Assembly (NCBI GenBank): GCA_964648855.1
Contig: CAZYLT010000004.1
Span: 139,532-171,531, forward strand
Direction: 5' to 3'
Length of the DNA: 32,000 nt
DNA from: an uncultured archaeon
GTDB lineage: Archaea > Asgardarchaeota > Thorarchaeia > Thorarchaeales > Thorarchaeaceae
The position numbers and the translations under genes were made by a program. Positions 7,781-17,842 of the stretch are shown piece after piece. The notes under the pieces were generated by a model. That model was given only the letters and a program-made list of their open reading frames with translations, had not been told where the DNA came from and did not search any database. The stretch's first letter is position 1; the number at the start of each line of letters is the position of its first letter.

Positions 7781-9250
7781 ATGATTTGGAAGAAACATAC
7801 TTCGGAGTCTGAGAGATTGTCCTCACTCATCAAGGAAATTGAATCCACAAGGGACTTACGACCAGTAAGAGATCCATTCCAAAAGATAATAGGACAACAG
7901 AAAGCAATATCGCTCGTAAAATCCGCAGTAGCACAGCGACGACATATTCTTCTTTGTGGCGTTCCTGGAATTGGAAAATCTATGATTGCAAAGGCTGCAC
8001 AGTCATTGCTTCCCCTGGCAGAAACAGAGGTTTACATTCAGGAGAACAGAGCCCATCCTGAACGTCCACAGGTTTTCATCTCGAAATCAGATGACTCTAG
8101 AATTCAACGGTCCTCATCCTCGCCTGTCCACCAGTCATTCATCAGGCCAGAAGACTTGCCATTCGAAATAGCAGTCAAGATGGGTCATCGTTGTCCAAGA
8201 TGCAAAGCATTAAGCTTACCAGAACAGAAAATCTGCATGGACTGCGGAAGTCCAAAGCGAAGCATATGGCAATCCTCCGATTCATACCAAGGTCTTCTTC
8301 ATGCATTGGATGTCATTTCTGAGCCCGCTCTTGAAACGATCACGACTGTAGACACTATCGGTGGAATCGAGTATCAGACCAGCTACAGGCGTAGCGAAAG
8401 TCTCTCCATTACAGTAACTCGTACACCGGTTTCCGAGAATTCTGATGAGGCTACTCCAGTGGCCTCACAGAACTCAAGACTACTGATATCTCGCGATACG
8501 AATCGTTTTGTTTGTGTTAGTGGTAGAAGCCCTGCCGAGCTTCTAGGTGATGTGAAACATGATCCATATGGTGCTGCAGAAGATTTGGCAAAAGCCCCCT
8601 ATGAACGTGTAATTCCTGGGGCCATTCACGAAGCTCATGAAGGAATATTATACGTTGACGAATTGGCTGCGTTAGGGGAATATCAGAAACATCTTCTAAC
8701 GGCGATGCAGGACAGATATTATCCAATACTAGGTCACAATCCGCATAGCTCAGGCGCATCGATTCGAGTAGATGCAGTGCCTTGCAACTTCATTCTCTTT
8801 GCCTCTTGTAACCCCGAAGACATTGAACAGATAATCCCCCCGCTTCGCTCCAGAATACGCGGTTATGGCTATGAAATAATGCTGAATGCTACAATGGAAC
8901 AGAGCTCTGAAAACACATCCGAGATAATCAGGTTTGCAGCACAAACAATTTACGAGGATGGTCGCATCCCCCACATTTCTAAGGACGGACTACATGCACT
9001 TATTGATGTGGCAAGTGATATCGCATACCATATTGATGGTCAGAAGGACGCACTCACCCTTCGTCTTAGAGAGCTGGGTGGAGTAATCCGTGTCGCAGGA
9101 GATCTCACCGTTCAAGCTGATGAAGAGTTGATTAGCTCAACTCAAGTTGAAGAGGCAAGGGAGATAGTCTTCGGTTTAGAAGGCCATATGTCTTCCACAA
9201 GGCTTTCTACTGCAAAACAAACCGAGCCTTACGGAGACTATTTCTTTTAA
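7781..9250 (+). CDS. LonB-type AAA+ ATPase lacking the protease domain and TM segments, with Zn-ribbon insert
   Basis: IIGQ, Walker A GVPGIGKS, LLGDVKHDPYG, GAIHEAHEGILYVDE (Walker B), PLRSRI, LTLRLRELGG. CPRC/CMDC insert. Ends before any Ser-Lys protease domain. Confidence 0.85.
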   Translation: MIWKKHTSESERLSSLIKEIESTRDLRPVRDPFQKIIGQQKAISLVKSAVAQRRHILLCGVPGIGKSMIAKAAQSLLPLAETEVYIQENRAHPERPQVFISKSDDSRIQRSSSSPVHQSFIRPEDLPFEIAVKMGHRCPRCKALSLPEQKICMDCGSPKRSIWQSSDSYQGLLHALDVISEPALETITTVDTIGGIEYQTSYRRSESLSITVTRTPVSENSDEATPVASQNSRLLISRDTNRFVCVSGRSPAELLGDVKHDPYGAAEDLAKAPYERVIPGAIHEAHEGILYVDELAALGEYQKHLLTAMQDRYYPILGHNPHSSGASIRVDAVPCNFILFASCNPEDIEQIIPPLRSRIRGYGYEIMLNATMEQSSENTSEIIRFAAQTIYEDGRIPHISKDGLHALIDVASDIAYHIDGQKDALTLRLRELGGVIRVAGDLTVQADEELISSTQVEEAREIVFGLEGHMSSTRLSTAKQTEPYGDYFF

Positions 9251-9277
9251 CCGACCGTTGAAGTCCTTGGTGTTACA

Positions 9278-10363
9278 GTGAAAGTCCGCCGTTATCTGAA
9301 GGATGGAAAAGTCAAGATCAAGCTGGAGTCTCTTGATGACCTTTGGCACTTGTACAATGTCATCTCTCCCAATGACATAGTCATCTCCAGAACAAGTCGG
9401 AGAGTACGTATTGGAAATGATGATGCTAGGAAACAAGAGAGTATCCGGAAGACCATGGTTTTGAAAATACAGGTCGAAGATGTTGCTTTTCACTCATTCT
9501 CCAATCGCGTCCGCATCAAAGGCACTATCCTGGAAGGTCCGGAGGACCTAGTTAGCATTGGATCCTATCATACATTCAATATGGAGGTTGGAAACAGTCT
9601 CACCATAATAAAGGAACATTGGCCTAAGTTTGCATTGAAACGCCTAAAGGAGGCAGAAAATGCGAAAGTAAGTCCTCTTGCATTGATTATAACCATTGAA
9701 GACGGCTCTGCAGAGATTTTCCTCGCTGCAGACTTCGGGATAAGAGAAGCCGTTAGCATCACTACCAGCATATCCCGAAAGAGAGGTAGTCAAAAGGCCC
9801 ATGATGCCACCATGAGGGAGTTTTATGGCGATGTTACCATGGCTGTTCGTTCGCAGCTTGAGCAAAATAAGCCCAATATAGTTGTAATTGCAGGACCTGG
9901 GTTTGTGAAAGATCATTTCAATGACTATCTTCAAGACTCTGGCATTCCAAATCTTCCTCCGATTATGGTGGAGAGCACAAATACGACGGGCATTCCCGGA
10001 GCAAAAGAGATTCTGTATCGTGGAGTCATCTCCAAAGCTGTTCAGGGAATAAAACTAGAAAAAGAAACACAACTCATAGAAGAAATCTTGGAAAATGTGG
10101 GTAAGGGCAATGGACTTGGAGTCTATGGCCCGGATGATGTTCAACGCGCTGTACAATATGGCGCTGTAGAAGAATTACTGATCACCGACAAGAAATTGCG
10201 TGAAGGAACCGAGAAAGAACGCCGGCGAATGGATCAGCTGATTCGGGATACAGAGAAAACTCGTGGAAACTTCCACATTGTATCAACCGAACACCCGGCT
10301 GGAGATCAGCTTGAAAATCTTGGCGGAATTGCTGCTCTTCTCCGCTTCCCCATCGGTGTCTAA
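9278..10363 (+). CDS. pelA: Pelota/Dom34 ribosome rescue factor
   Basis: ESLDDLWHLYNVI, GSYHT, IAGPGFVK, YG..V..A...GAVEELLITD, GGIAALLRFP. Confidence 0.97.
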   Translation: MKVRRYLKDGKVKIKLESLDDLWHLYNVISPNDIVISRTSRRVRIGNDDARKQESIRKTMVLKIQVEDVAFHSFSNRVRIKGTILEGPEDLVSIGSYHTFNMEVGNSLTIIKEHWPKFALKRLKEAENAKVSPLALIITIEDGSAEIFLAADFGIREAVSITTSISRKRGSQKAHDATMREFYGDVTMAVRSQLEQNKPNIVVIAGPGFVKDHFNDYLQDSGIPNLPPIMVESTNTTGIPGAKEILYRGVISKAVQGIKLEKETQLIEEILENVGKGNGLGVYGPDDVQRAVQYGAVEELLITDKKLREGTEKERRRMDQLIRDTEKTRGNFHIVSTEHPAGDQLENLGGIAALLRFPIGV

Positions 10364-11475
10364 ATCGGTTCAAAAAGAACCTGTAACCGATCCCAAGAGG
10401 GATATTCGTGCGCTATTCCCATTTCAACAGGAAATGCACCAGATAACTCCTCTTTCAGCTCAGGTGCAACGGTTTCTAGAATCCAAGGAGCAATCTCTAT
10501 CCTCCTTCGGTGCTCATCAAGATTGACTAAATCTGCAGGCACATCGAATTCTTCTCGCACTATCTTTGATATTCTACGTAAATCGTCAATTTTCATGCAT
10601 TCGCCATGTCCGCCTCTGATGACCCCTAGAACCAAGATTGGTTCGTCCTCTTGTTTCTCTTCTAGGGCACGAATTGTCCTTTCAAGTCTTCTTTCAAGTC
10701 GTTTTCTGAGTTGGACATTATCCTTGAATTTAGCAGAACAAAAATGCAACGAAGTGTAATCCAATTTTCTGCTTCCCCATTCTATTACCGAGATGGCAGT
10801 TTCTCTACTACCAGCTATGCTCGAACTGCTCAAATTCGTCAATCGCATTCCCATGGCTATCAATTTTTGAAAATTGGTTTCACTAGCCTCCAGTTCATTA
10901 ATGTTGAAGAAGTCAATTTTCAAATCATCTGCTCTCTTTGCTATGTTGATCAGATTCTTTTCTTCTCCAGGAATAACCGGTAGCTCCAACCCTGTCACCA
11001 TGTCCAACGAGAGCGCATTTTCGATGCCAGACCAGTCATCGTCTTGAGGATGAAATCTGATTTCATCGAGCCCTGCAGATTGCAGTTGCCTTAATGTATC
11101 AATATCCACGCCATTCTGACTGGTATAGAGGTGAACATGAAACTCCTCCCCAAATTTCTCTTTTAGAAAAGAGATGTACGTGAGCGTGCGGTCAAGTCTG
11201 CACAGAGGATCCCCTCCACTAACCCCAACACCATGCGCCCCGATTGCATTTGCCTCTTGGAAAATATCAAGTACTGTTTCCACAGGCATTTCATCAGCAA
11301 ACACAACATCTCTTCCCGTCTTCTCCTGCGATAGTGGGCAGTAGTAACAAGAACTATCACAAAGTCCCGTGACAAACAAGACCATTTTGGTTCCATTTGA
11401 ACAGAGCTTACACCCCTGAGGCAAATCTCCAACTAGTAACGATTCGCCCTGTAACTTTCGAATAGTTCTCCTCAT
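10360..11475 (-). CDS. Radical SAM protein (archaeal COG2108-like, unknown function)
   Basis: LPQGCKLC...K.VLFVTGLCDSSCYYCPLS (CxxxCxxC), SGGDP, GLDEIRFH, NINELE. Confidence 0.88.
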   Translation of the reverse strand: MRRTIRKLQGESLLVGDLPQGCKLCSNGTKMVLFVTGLCDSSCYYCPLSQEKTGRDVVFADEMPVETVLDIFQEANAIGAHGVGVSGGDPLCRLDRTLTYISFLKEKFGEEFHVHLYTSQNGVDIDTLRQLQSAGLDEIRFHPQDDDWSGIENALSLDMVTGLELPVIPGEEKNLINIAKRADDLKIDFFNINELEASETNFQKLIAMGMRLTNLSSSSIAGSRETAISVIEWGSRKLDYTSLHFCSAKFKDNVQLRKRLERRLERTIRALEEKQEDEPILVLGVIRGGHGECMKIDDLRRISKIVREEFDVPADLVNLDEHRRRIEIAPWILETVAPELKEELSGAFPVEMGIAHEYPSWDRLQVLFEPI

Positions 11476-11481
11476 TTTTGA

Positions 11482-12180
11482 TCATACTCTTCTTTTCATA
11501 GTTCGGCGAATAGCTGGGTCTCTGTCTATGAGCCTTTTTGCTAATTCCTCAAAAGTCTGATTCTCAGCAACTACCTTGGACAAATATACACCAGTCCTTC
11601 CTACTTGATCCCTACGAGTCAAAACTCTGACGCGTTCTCTTGCCACTGATGGACTAACTCCCAGCTTTTTGGCTACAAGATTTTCGTATCCGATGACACC
11701 ACTCTCAATGTGTCCTTTCTCTGTGGGTTGAATGAGAATCAACCTCTTATCAACGCCTGCAACCCTCCTTTTCTTCACTATTTTTTCCTCGTCAACTTGT
11801 CCTCCCCACTTATAGAACTCAATCTCTCTGCTCATCATCTTGAAGAGAGGGAAACTGACGACAGTCTTTCGGTCCAAATGAATATGGGCCTTTAGAACTG
11901 AGGATGGTGTTGCCTGAACAATTTCTCTAAGTATGCCTTTTCCGAGGACCATCTCTATTTTGTAACTAGGGGCAACATAGGGAATTATGATGTCAATATC
12001 CGATGAATCAGTAACATCTCCTCTTGCTAATGATCCATATACCCAGCCACGAATGTTTACACTCTTCAGTTTTTCAAGCACTTGGAGAGCTCTCTCTCTA
12101 AGGCGAGCCAATAATTTCCATTGCTCCTTACTATATACTACAGTTCTTTCCTCATGAAGCTCTTCAGGTTTCTCTGTCAA
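11482..12180 (-). CDS. DNA pol beta superfamily nucleotidyltransferase (archaeal COG2413-like)
   Basis: YGSLARGDVTDSSDID motif; RVAGVDKRL and ERVRVLTRRD.VGRTGVY family motifs; TTG start. Confidence 0.88.
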   Translation of the reverse strand: MTEKPEELHEERTVVYSKEQWKLLARLRERALQVLEKLKSVNIRGWVYGSLARGDVTDSSDIDIIIPYVAPSYKIEMVLGKGILREIVQATPSSVLKAHIHLDRKTVVSFPLFKMMSREIEFYKWGGQVDEEKIVKKRRVAGVDKRLILIQPTEKGHIESGVIGYENLVAKKLGVSPSVARERVRVLTRRDQVGRTGVYLSKVVAENQTFEELAKRLIDRDPAIRRTMKRRV

Positions 12181-12193
12181 TTATCGTGACCTC

Positions 12194-13123
12194 TCACTTA
12201 CCACGAATTTCTTTGAGCATCTGGCATGCTTTGCAGAGACCCGATGGTGTGGGCTCTCCGCATTCGATGCATTCAGAAAACTCAATTCCATCGGAATTTT
12301 GGGCAACCATATCTGCAATAGTTTCACCAGACCGAAGTACGGCAAGAAGTGTGCCAGGCCGCTCGTATTCCATTTCGTTAAGAAAATTCCGCACGTCATT
12401 CCGGTAAGCCTCACCCGCATATGGACATGGAACATCATGATAGGGCAGCATTAAATGATACGAGTATACCACGATATCTCTCTCTGAAATCTCTGTTAAT
12501 GGTTTAACCCTTGGAACAAAGCCATCTATCGTATCTTCTCTTCTTCGTGATGTTCGTGCAATACGAATGCTCTCTCCACGTAATATATTCATTAGAATTG
12601 TTTGGGACTCATCATCTAGATTATGCCCTGTGGCAATAACATCTGCATTGAGGTCTTTTGCTGCCATATTGAGTGCATTTCTTCTGAGAACACCACAGTA
12701 TGAACAAGCACCCAGAGCGTCATCAGTCCGCGATTCAATTATTTCATCCAGCGTACTACCGAATAACTTCTTGAATGAATAAACCTCAAGATTGAGATTC
12801 AATGAAGAAGAGAGTTTCCTTGCTGCCTGTAATGCCTTGTCCCTATACCCAGAGATTCCTTCATCAATGGTAACAGGCATTAATTCTGCATTAGGATATC
12901 TCCTCTCTATCCTATGTAAAACATCAAGCAGTACTGCGCTATCCTTCCCACCAGAAATTGCGACGGCAATTCTATCGTCTTCTCGAAGCATCTGTTGTGC
13001 ATTGATTGCCTTTCTTACCCGGTCTATGGTTGTCTTAACCATGCAGTCTTGGCACAATCGCTCTCCAGTGTATCTTCTGAGATAGACCGCCTCATTGCTA
13101 CATTTTGAGCACTTGACTTGCAT
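12194..13123 (-). CDS. ncsA: tRNA 2-thiolation protein NcsA/Ctu1/TtuA (TIGR00269-like PP-loop ATPase)
   Basis: N-terminal Zn finger, PP-loop SGGKDS, CSYCGVLRR, TGHNLDD, CPY, C-terminal CxxC-CxxC. Confidence 0.9.
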   Translation of the reverse strand: MQVKCSKCSNEAVYLRRYTGERLCQDCMVKTTIDRVRKAINAQQMLREDDRIAVAISGGKDSAVLLDVLHRIERRYPNAELMPVTIDEGISGYRDKALQAARKLSSSLNLNLEVYSFKKLFGSTLDEIIESRTDDALGACSYCGVLRRNALNMAAKDLNADVIATGHNLDDESQTILMNILRGESIRIARTSRRREDTIDGFVPRVKPLTEISERDIVVYSYHLMLPYHDVPCPYAGEAYRNDVRNFLNEMEYERPGTLLAVLRSGETIADMVAQNSDGIEFSECIECGEPTPSGLCKACQMLKEIRGK

Positions 13124-13222
13124 GTGTCTTATCTCCTACAGAGAATGTTTTGACAAAATACTGTTAAAACTGGTCAGGTATGATGCCAATCCTACCCAAG
13201 TACCACCTTCTAGTACTCCAAC

Positions 13223-14389
13223 CTAGAACAGACCCTTCCCCGTGACAAATGAGAGAATGATACTGAGTAATACAATACTAAGTGAAAGTATTCTCATAGG
13301 CCAAACAATCCGCTTGATTGTGGTTTCATTATCAGTAACAAGACGAAGTCCATCCTGTAACATTCGATCTCCATCAAGAGCCGGAATGGGAAGAAGGTTG
13401 AATAGTGCCACTGAAAACAGGATTAGAAAGCACCAGAATACAACCTGCTGAAAATGGAAAGCAAACATTGGGTCGAGGAATAGGTCCCAGCCCGGTTTAG
13501 GCTTCCAATAGTCGGCGCCATAAACTCCAATATACCCCCTCGTTTCATTTTGGTCTGATGAACCTAGTACCACGGTAACGCTTTCCTCAAGCGTAACAAT
13601 GGTAAGAGTATCACCTGCATTTGCATCTGCCATGAATTGTGAAACTTCATTCCAAGTTTCAATGGTGGTATCATTTAGGCCAATGATCACATCCCCCACC
13701 TCTAACGCTTGGGCAGCAGGAGTTCCTGGTGCAATATCGTAGATATACGCCCCGCTGGGAGGACTATATCCTATTGATAGAACCGCTGGCATATTGATTA
13801 GCAATATGAAAAAGAAGAAGCCCCAAATAAGATTGGAATAAGAACCTGCAGCTAACATTCGCAGTCTGGGTTTTGGGCCCACCTTTTCCTCGAATGTTTC
13901 CTCATCTGGTTCCACAAATGCGCCGAATAAAACCAGAAAGAAGAGCAATCCAGAGCTCTTTATGGGAATATCATCTTTGGCTGAGGCTAACCCGTGGGCG
14001 AATTCGTGAGTAATGAGTGTGACCGCCAAGGCAATTATCATATACACTAGAGGAAGGCCAGTAATAGTAACGCCCGGAATAATCGGAACTACTCCTCCAG
14101 CGGTTTCAGGCTGGAGAAAGAACCGCAGCAAATTCTCTCCGAACATATAGAATCCAAATGCCATCCCTACAAAACTTACAACCACTCCTATATTGAAAAA
14201 TGCTCGTGGAAACTTTTTTCCAAGCCTAGTTAGAAATGCATTAAGACGTTTTGTCTTCCACATCAAGAAGAATGGTGTACCTGCCTCGACTCCCTTCTCA
14301 CTCAGCTTTTCAATCCCAACAGCCTGTGCCACTATATAGATTGCAATGTAAATCCCAAAGATGATCAAGAATGTGGTCACAATATCCAT
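13223..14389 (-). CDS. Site-2 protease (M50) with PDZ domain
   Basis: HEFAH, GAFVEPD, AAGS..N, PDZ-like PAAQALEVGDVI, NLLPIPALDG. Confidence 0.93.
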   Translation of the reverse strand: MDIVTTFLIIFGIYIAIYIVAQAVGIEKLSEKGVEAGTPFFLMWKTKRLNAFLTRLGKKFPRAFFNIGVVVSFVGMAFGFYMFGENLLRFFLQPETAGGVVPIIPGVTITGLPLVYMIIALAVTLITHEFAHGLASAKDDIPIKSSGLLFFLVLFGAFVEPDEETFEEKVGPKPRLRMLAAGSYSNLIWGFFFFILLINMPAVLSIGYSPPSGAYIYDIAPGTPAAQALEVGDVIIGLNDTTIETWNEVSQFMADANAGDTLTIVTLEESVTVVLGSSDQNETRGYIGVYGADYWKPKPGWDLFLDPMFAFHFQQVVFWCFLILFSVALFNLLPIPALDGDRMLQDGLRLVTDNETTIKRIVWPMRILSLSIVLLSIILSFVTGKGLF

Positions 14390-14595
14390 ATTGATTCACT
14401 TCATCTGGCCTGAGGTTTTGATAGATGGCCTTTGATACGTCTAATAATGGTTGCGTACTAGGAGATTCCTAGGCGACAGAAAAGGGAATGCAGCAAGTCA
14501 AGCTGGACCGCAACCCTCATAAAGCGAACTCTCGAATCTCCGATTTGTCCGATATGTGGACGGTCATAACAACTCCAAAGTAGGCGGAAGTACAA

Positions 14596-14979
14596 TTGCC
14601 ATTTAAACTTGTAATCAGTGATCCCGGAACTGCAACTGCTGTGCAGTATGAACTAGATGATGCAAAAACAAATGCCCTGATTGGCAAGAAGGTAGGAGAA
14701 ATTGTTGAAGGAGATGTTATAGGCCTGCCCGGTTACAAACTCAAGATTACAGGTGGCAGCGATAGTTCAGGATTTCCCATTAGGCCCGATATGCATGGCA
14801 GAGGAAAGAGAAGAATATTAGTTAGAGGGCCACCAGGTTTTCAGCCAAAACGAGAAGGCATTGCACGAAGAAAGACGGTACGTGGTCGTGAATTGGGAAA
14901 TGAAATCTCCCAAGTCAATATGCGTGTTGAAGAAAAAGGTAGCACGCCACTGGAAGAACTTGTTATCAAGGCTGCATGA
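14596..14979 (+). CDS. rps6e: 30S ribosomal protein S6e (eS6)
   Basis: FKLVISDP, LKITGGSDSSGFP, RRKTVRG; TTG start. Confidence 0.97.
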   Translation: MPFKLVISDPGTATAVQYELDDAKTNALIGKKVGEIVEGDVIGLPGYKLKITGGSDSSGFPIRPDMHGRGKRRILVRGPPGFQPKREGIARRKTVRGRELGNEISQVNMRVEEKGSTPLEELVIKAA

Positions 14980-15117
14980 AATTAATCCTGTGTATGCCAT
15001 TGTAGGCAAAAGTCTGAAGAGTCTTTTAGTGGCTTAACAGTACCGCGAAATCCATATCTTCTTATGGGAAACTTTGAACTGACCTCAATAGGCCGTGCAA
15101 GTGGAAGTGAACAATAG

Positions 15118-16356
15118 ATGACCAAATACAAAGGACAATCAGAGGTAAACATCGGCGCTCTTGGTCATGTTGACCATGGAAAGACCACGATGGTGAGCTT
15201 TTTGACCGGTGAGTGGACAGACCGTCACTCCGACGAAGTAAGGCGCGGAATTTCTATTAGGTTGGGCTATGCTGCAACGGTTCTTCAGAAATGCAAGAAA
15301 TGTCCTGAACCCGAGGCCTATACCACATCCCATTTGGCTAAGGATGGAAAATGTCCTAAATGTGGCGGTGATTTGGAAGTATTACGAGAAATATCATTTG
15401 TAGATAGCCCGGGTCACGAATCGCTGATGGCTACATGTCTCAGTGGTGCCAGCCTAATGGATGGGGCCATTCTAGTTATTGCGGCAGACGAACCTTGTCC
15501 TATGCCTCAAACATCCGAGCACTTGCATGCACTAGAAATTGTTGGTGTCAAGAACATCATTATTGTTCAGAACAAGATTGAGTTAGTCACAAAAGAGGAG
15601 GCAACGGAGCACTACAAACAAATCAAGGATTTTGTGAAAGGCACCGTTGCAGAAAACGCACCAATAGTCCCCTTTTCTGCTGTATTCGGAGCCAACCACG
15701 ACCTTCTTATCCAGAAAATTCAGGAGGTCATTCCTACTCCTGAACGAGAAGAAGATGCCCTGCCAAAAATGTTTGTCGCACGGTCCTTTGATATTAACCG
15801 ACCTGGGACGGGGCCTGATGATTTGCAGGGTGGAGTAGTAGGCGGATCCATAGTACAGGGGAAGCTTAGTGTAGGGGATAAGATTGAGATTGTACCAGGT
15901 GCGCGAACCGACAAGGGGTTTGAGCCCATTGAGGCAAATATCCTGAGCCTACGCTCTGGTAGTGGTAATAGATTAGATGAAGCCCATCCAGGTGGGCTCA
16001 TAGGTGTTGGAACAAAACTAGATCCATCTGCGACACGAGCTGACCGATTGGTGGGCAATGTCGTGGGACAGGCAGGGAAAATTTCAAAACCAATTGAGAA
16101 AATTATGATTGAACCACATCTCATGGAACGAGTTGTTGGCTCAGAATCAAAGAGAGCTGTAGAAAACCTCCGTCTTAATGAGCCGCTGATGCTTGTTGTA
16201 GGGACTGCAGCCACTGTCGGTGTTATAACGAGACTTCATGGTGACGAAATTGAGCTCTCTCTAAAACGGCCCGTTGTGGCTGAAGAAGGTCAGAGAATCG
16301 CTATCGGCCGCAGAGTTGAGAACAAGTGGCGCCTGATAGGTTATGCCGAGGTCTGA
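15118..16356 (+). CDS. eif2g: Translation initiation factor 2 gamma subunit
   Basis: [19 protein letters not shown], Zn knuckle, [25 protein letters not shown]. Confidence 0.98.
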   Translation: MTKYKGQSEVNIGALGHVDHGKTTMVSFLTGEWTDRHSDEVRRGISIRLGYAATVLQKCKKCPEPEAYTTSHLAKDGKCPKCGGDLEVLREISFVDSPGHESLMATCLSGASLMDGAILVIAADEPCPMPQTSEHLHALEIVGVKNIIIVQNKIELVTKEEATEHYKQIKDFVKGTVAENAPIVPFSAVFGANHDLLIQKIQEVIPTPEREEDALPKMFVARSFDINRPGTGPDDLQGGVVGGSIVQGKLSVGDKIEIVPGARTDKGFEPIEANILSLRSGSGNRLDEAHPGGLIGVGTKLDPSATRADRLVGNVVGQAGKISKPIEKIMIEPHLMERVVGSESKRAVENLRLNEPLMLVVGTAATVGVITRLHGDEIELSLKRPVVAEEGQRIAIGRRVENKWRLIGYAEV

Positions 16357-16365
16357 CCGTTCAAT

Positions 16366-16788
16366 GTGCGTGTGAAGGTTGTGCCGAAAGAAGTAATCAT
16401 TGATACGAATTTCCTCACTGTACCTTCTCAATTCAATGTGGATATTTTTTCCGAGGCAGAACGGCTCTTAGACGGACGTCTCCAGTTTGTGGTTCTAGCT
16501 GGGTCTTTAGAAGAAGTTGAAAAGAAACTGCAGCAGGCAACAAAAGTCAAGGAGAAACGTAAATTCCGAATGGCAAGAGAGCTAGCAACCAGGTGCGAAA
16601 TAGTTGAGCCAGATAAAAGGATTGCAAGTCAGCCAGTAGATGACCAGATACTAGAGTATGCCACTTCTGTATCTGGAGTGATTGCAACAAATGACCGCGC
16701 TCTCAGACAACGTGCAATAAGAAACAATATCCCTGTTATCTATCTCCGAGGAAAAAAGCGACTAAGTCTTGAAGGCATCGTTTTGTGA
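16366..16788 (+). CDS. PIN-domain nuclease (Fcf1/Utp24-like)
   Basis: IIDTNFL, VDD.IL, IATNDRAL; conserved position after aIF2gamma. Start may be GTG 16381. Confidence 0.9.
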   Translation: MRVKVVPKEVIIDTNFLTVPSQFNVDIFSEAERLLDGRLQFVVLAGSLEEVEKKLQQATKVKEKRKFRMARELATRCEIVEPDKRIASQPVDDQILEYATSVSGVIATNDRALRQRAIRNNIPVIYLRGKKRLSLEGIVL

Positions 16789-16917
16789 TACGTGTCACAA
16801 GTTTTTTATGGACTCCAAGTTGTGGCAGCGATGAGCCGGCGTATTCAGTCTCAATTAGTTTGTCACCGAGATCTGATTGTTCTGCGATTAATCCGTTGAT
16901 TCAAGGAGTCTCTCCAA

Positions 16918-17508
16918 ATGTATTCAGTTGTAACAGTACGTGACGTTGTTCGAATTCCTCCTAAGGAATTTGGTGAGCCTATCGAAAAGGCCGCACTAAT
17001 CCACTTACGCAAGTCCAGTGAAAATGTGCTTGACCGTGATATTGGATTGATGATTGCAGTCATAGATATCGATGAAATTGGACAAGGACGTTTAATGCCA
17101 GGAGATGGTGCAACCTATCATACTGTCGAGTATGAGGTACTTGTCTTCAAGCCAGTACGAGGCGAAATCGTTGAAGGAAATGTTGTTGAACTAATGGATT
17201 TTGGCGCCTTCATCAGAATGGGGCCTCTGGATGGTCTCTGTCACGTGAGTCAGATTTGTGATGACTTTATTACGCAAGATCCGAAAGGCAACTCTTTACT
17301 CGGTAAAGAAACACAACGTACTCTCACAGAGGGAGATCAGGTCCGTGCTAGAATAACATCCATCAGTTTTGAGTCTGGTAATCGGTCTGGCAAGCTCGGT
17401 CTAACTATGCGACAGCCCTTCTTGGGAAAAATTGGTCCTGATTTATCCTGGATAGAAGAAGATGTTGAAGCTGCTCGGGGCGAGAGTAAAAAAGAGAAGA
17501 AGAAATAG
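16918..17508 (+). CDS. rpo7: DNA-directed RNA polymerase subunit Rpo7 (E')
   Basis: VRIPP..FG, GDGATY, FGAFIRMGPLDGLCHVSQI, LTMRQPFLGK. Confidence 0.97.
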   Translation: MYSVVTVRDVVRIPPKEFGEPIEKAALIHLRKSSENVLDRDIGLMIAVIDIDEIGQGRLMPGDGATYHTVEYEVLVFKPVRGEIVEGNVVELMDFGAFIRMGPLDGLCHVSQICDDFITQDPKGNSLLGKETQRTLTEGDQVRARITSISFESGNRSGKLGLTMRQPFLGKIGPDLSWIEEDVEAARGESKKEKKK

Positions 17509-17526
17509 AATAGAGTTGGAGATATT

Positions 17527-17739
17527 ATGGCGAAACCTAAAGCATGCCGTGAGTGTCATTATCTCACCACAGAAAACATGTGCCCGAATTGCAATAGCAC
17601 GAATCTTTCAACTTCGTATACTGGTATTGTGGTAATTCTGCCAGGGAAAAATCCCAAGGAAGACCCGAAAGACGCATCTTACGTTGCAAACCGACTGAAT
17701 ATCTCTAAGCCTGGAAAGTACGCTCTTAAGGTTAGATAG
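17527..17739 (+). CDS. spt4: Transcription elongation factor Spt4 (RpoE'')
   Basis: KACRECH...CPNC, G.VVI, PGKYALKVR. Confidence 0.95.
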   Translation: MAKPKACRECHYLTTENMCPNCNSTNLSTSYTGIVVILPGKNPKEDPKDASYVANRLNISKPGKYALKVR

Positions 17740-17842
17740 TAACCATATCGTTTTCTTGACGGTGGTGAAAGCTTTATTAGCCGACTCCAAGTCGGCTGCG
17801 TGTCACATCCTGTTGGTGACATATTTTCAGAGTGTGAGAAGA

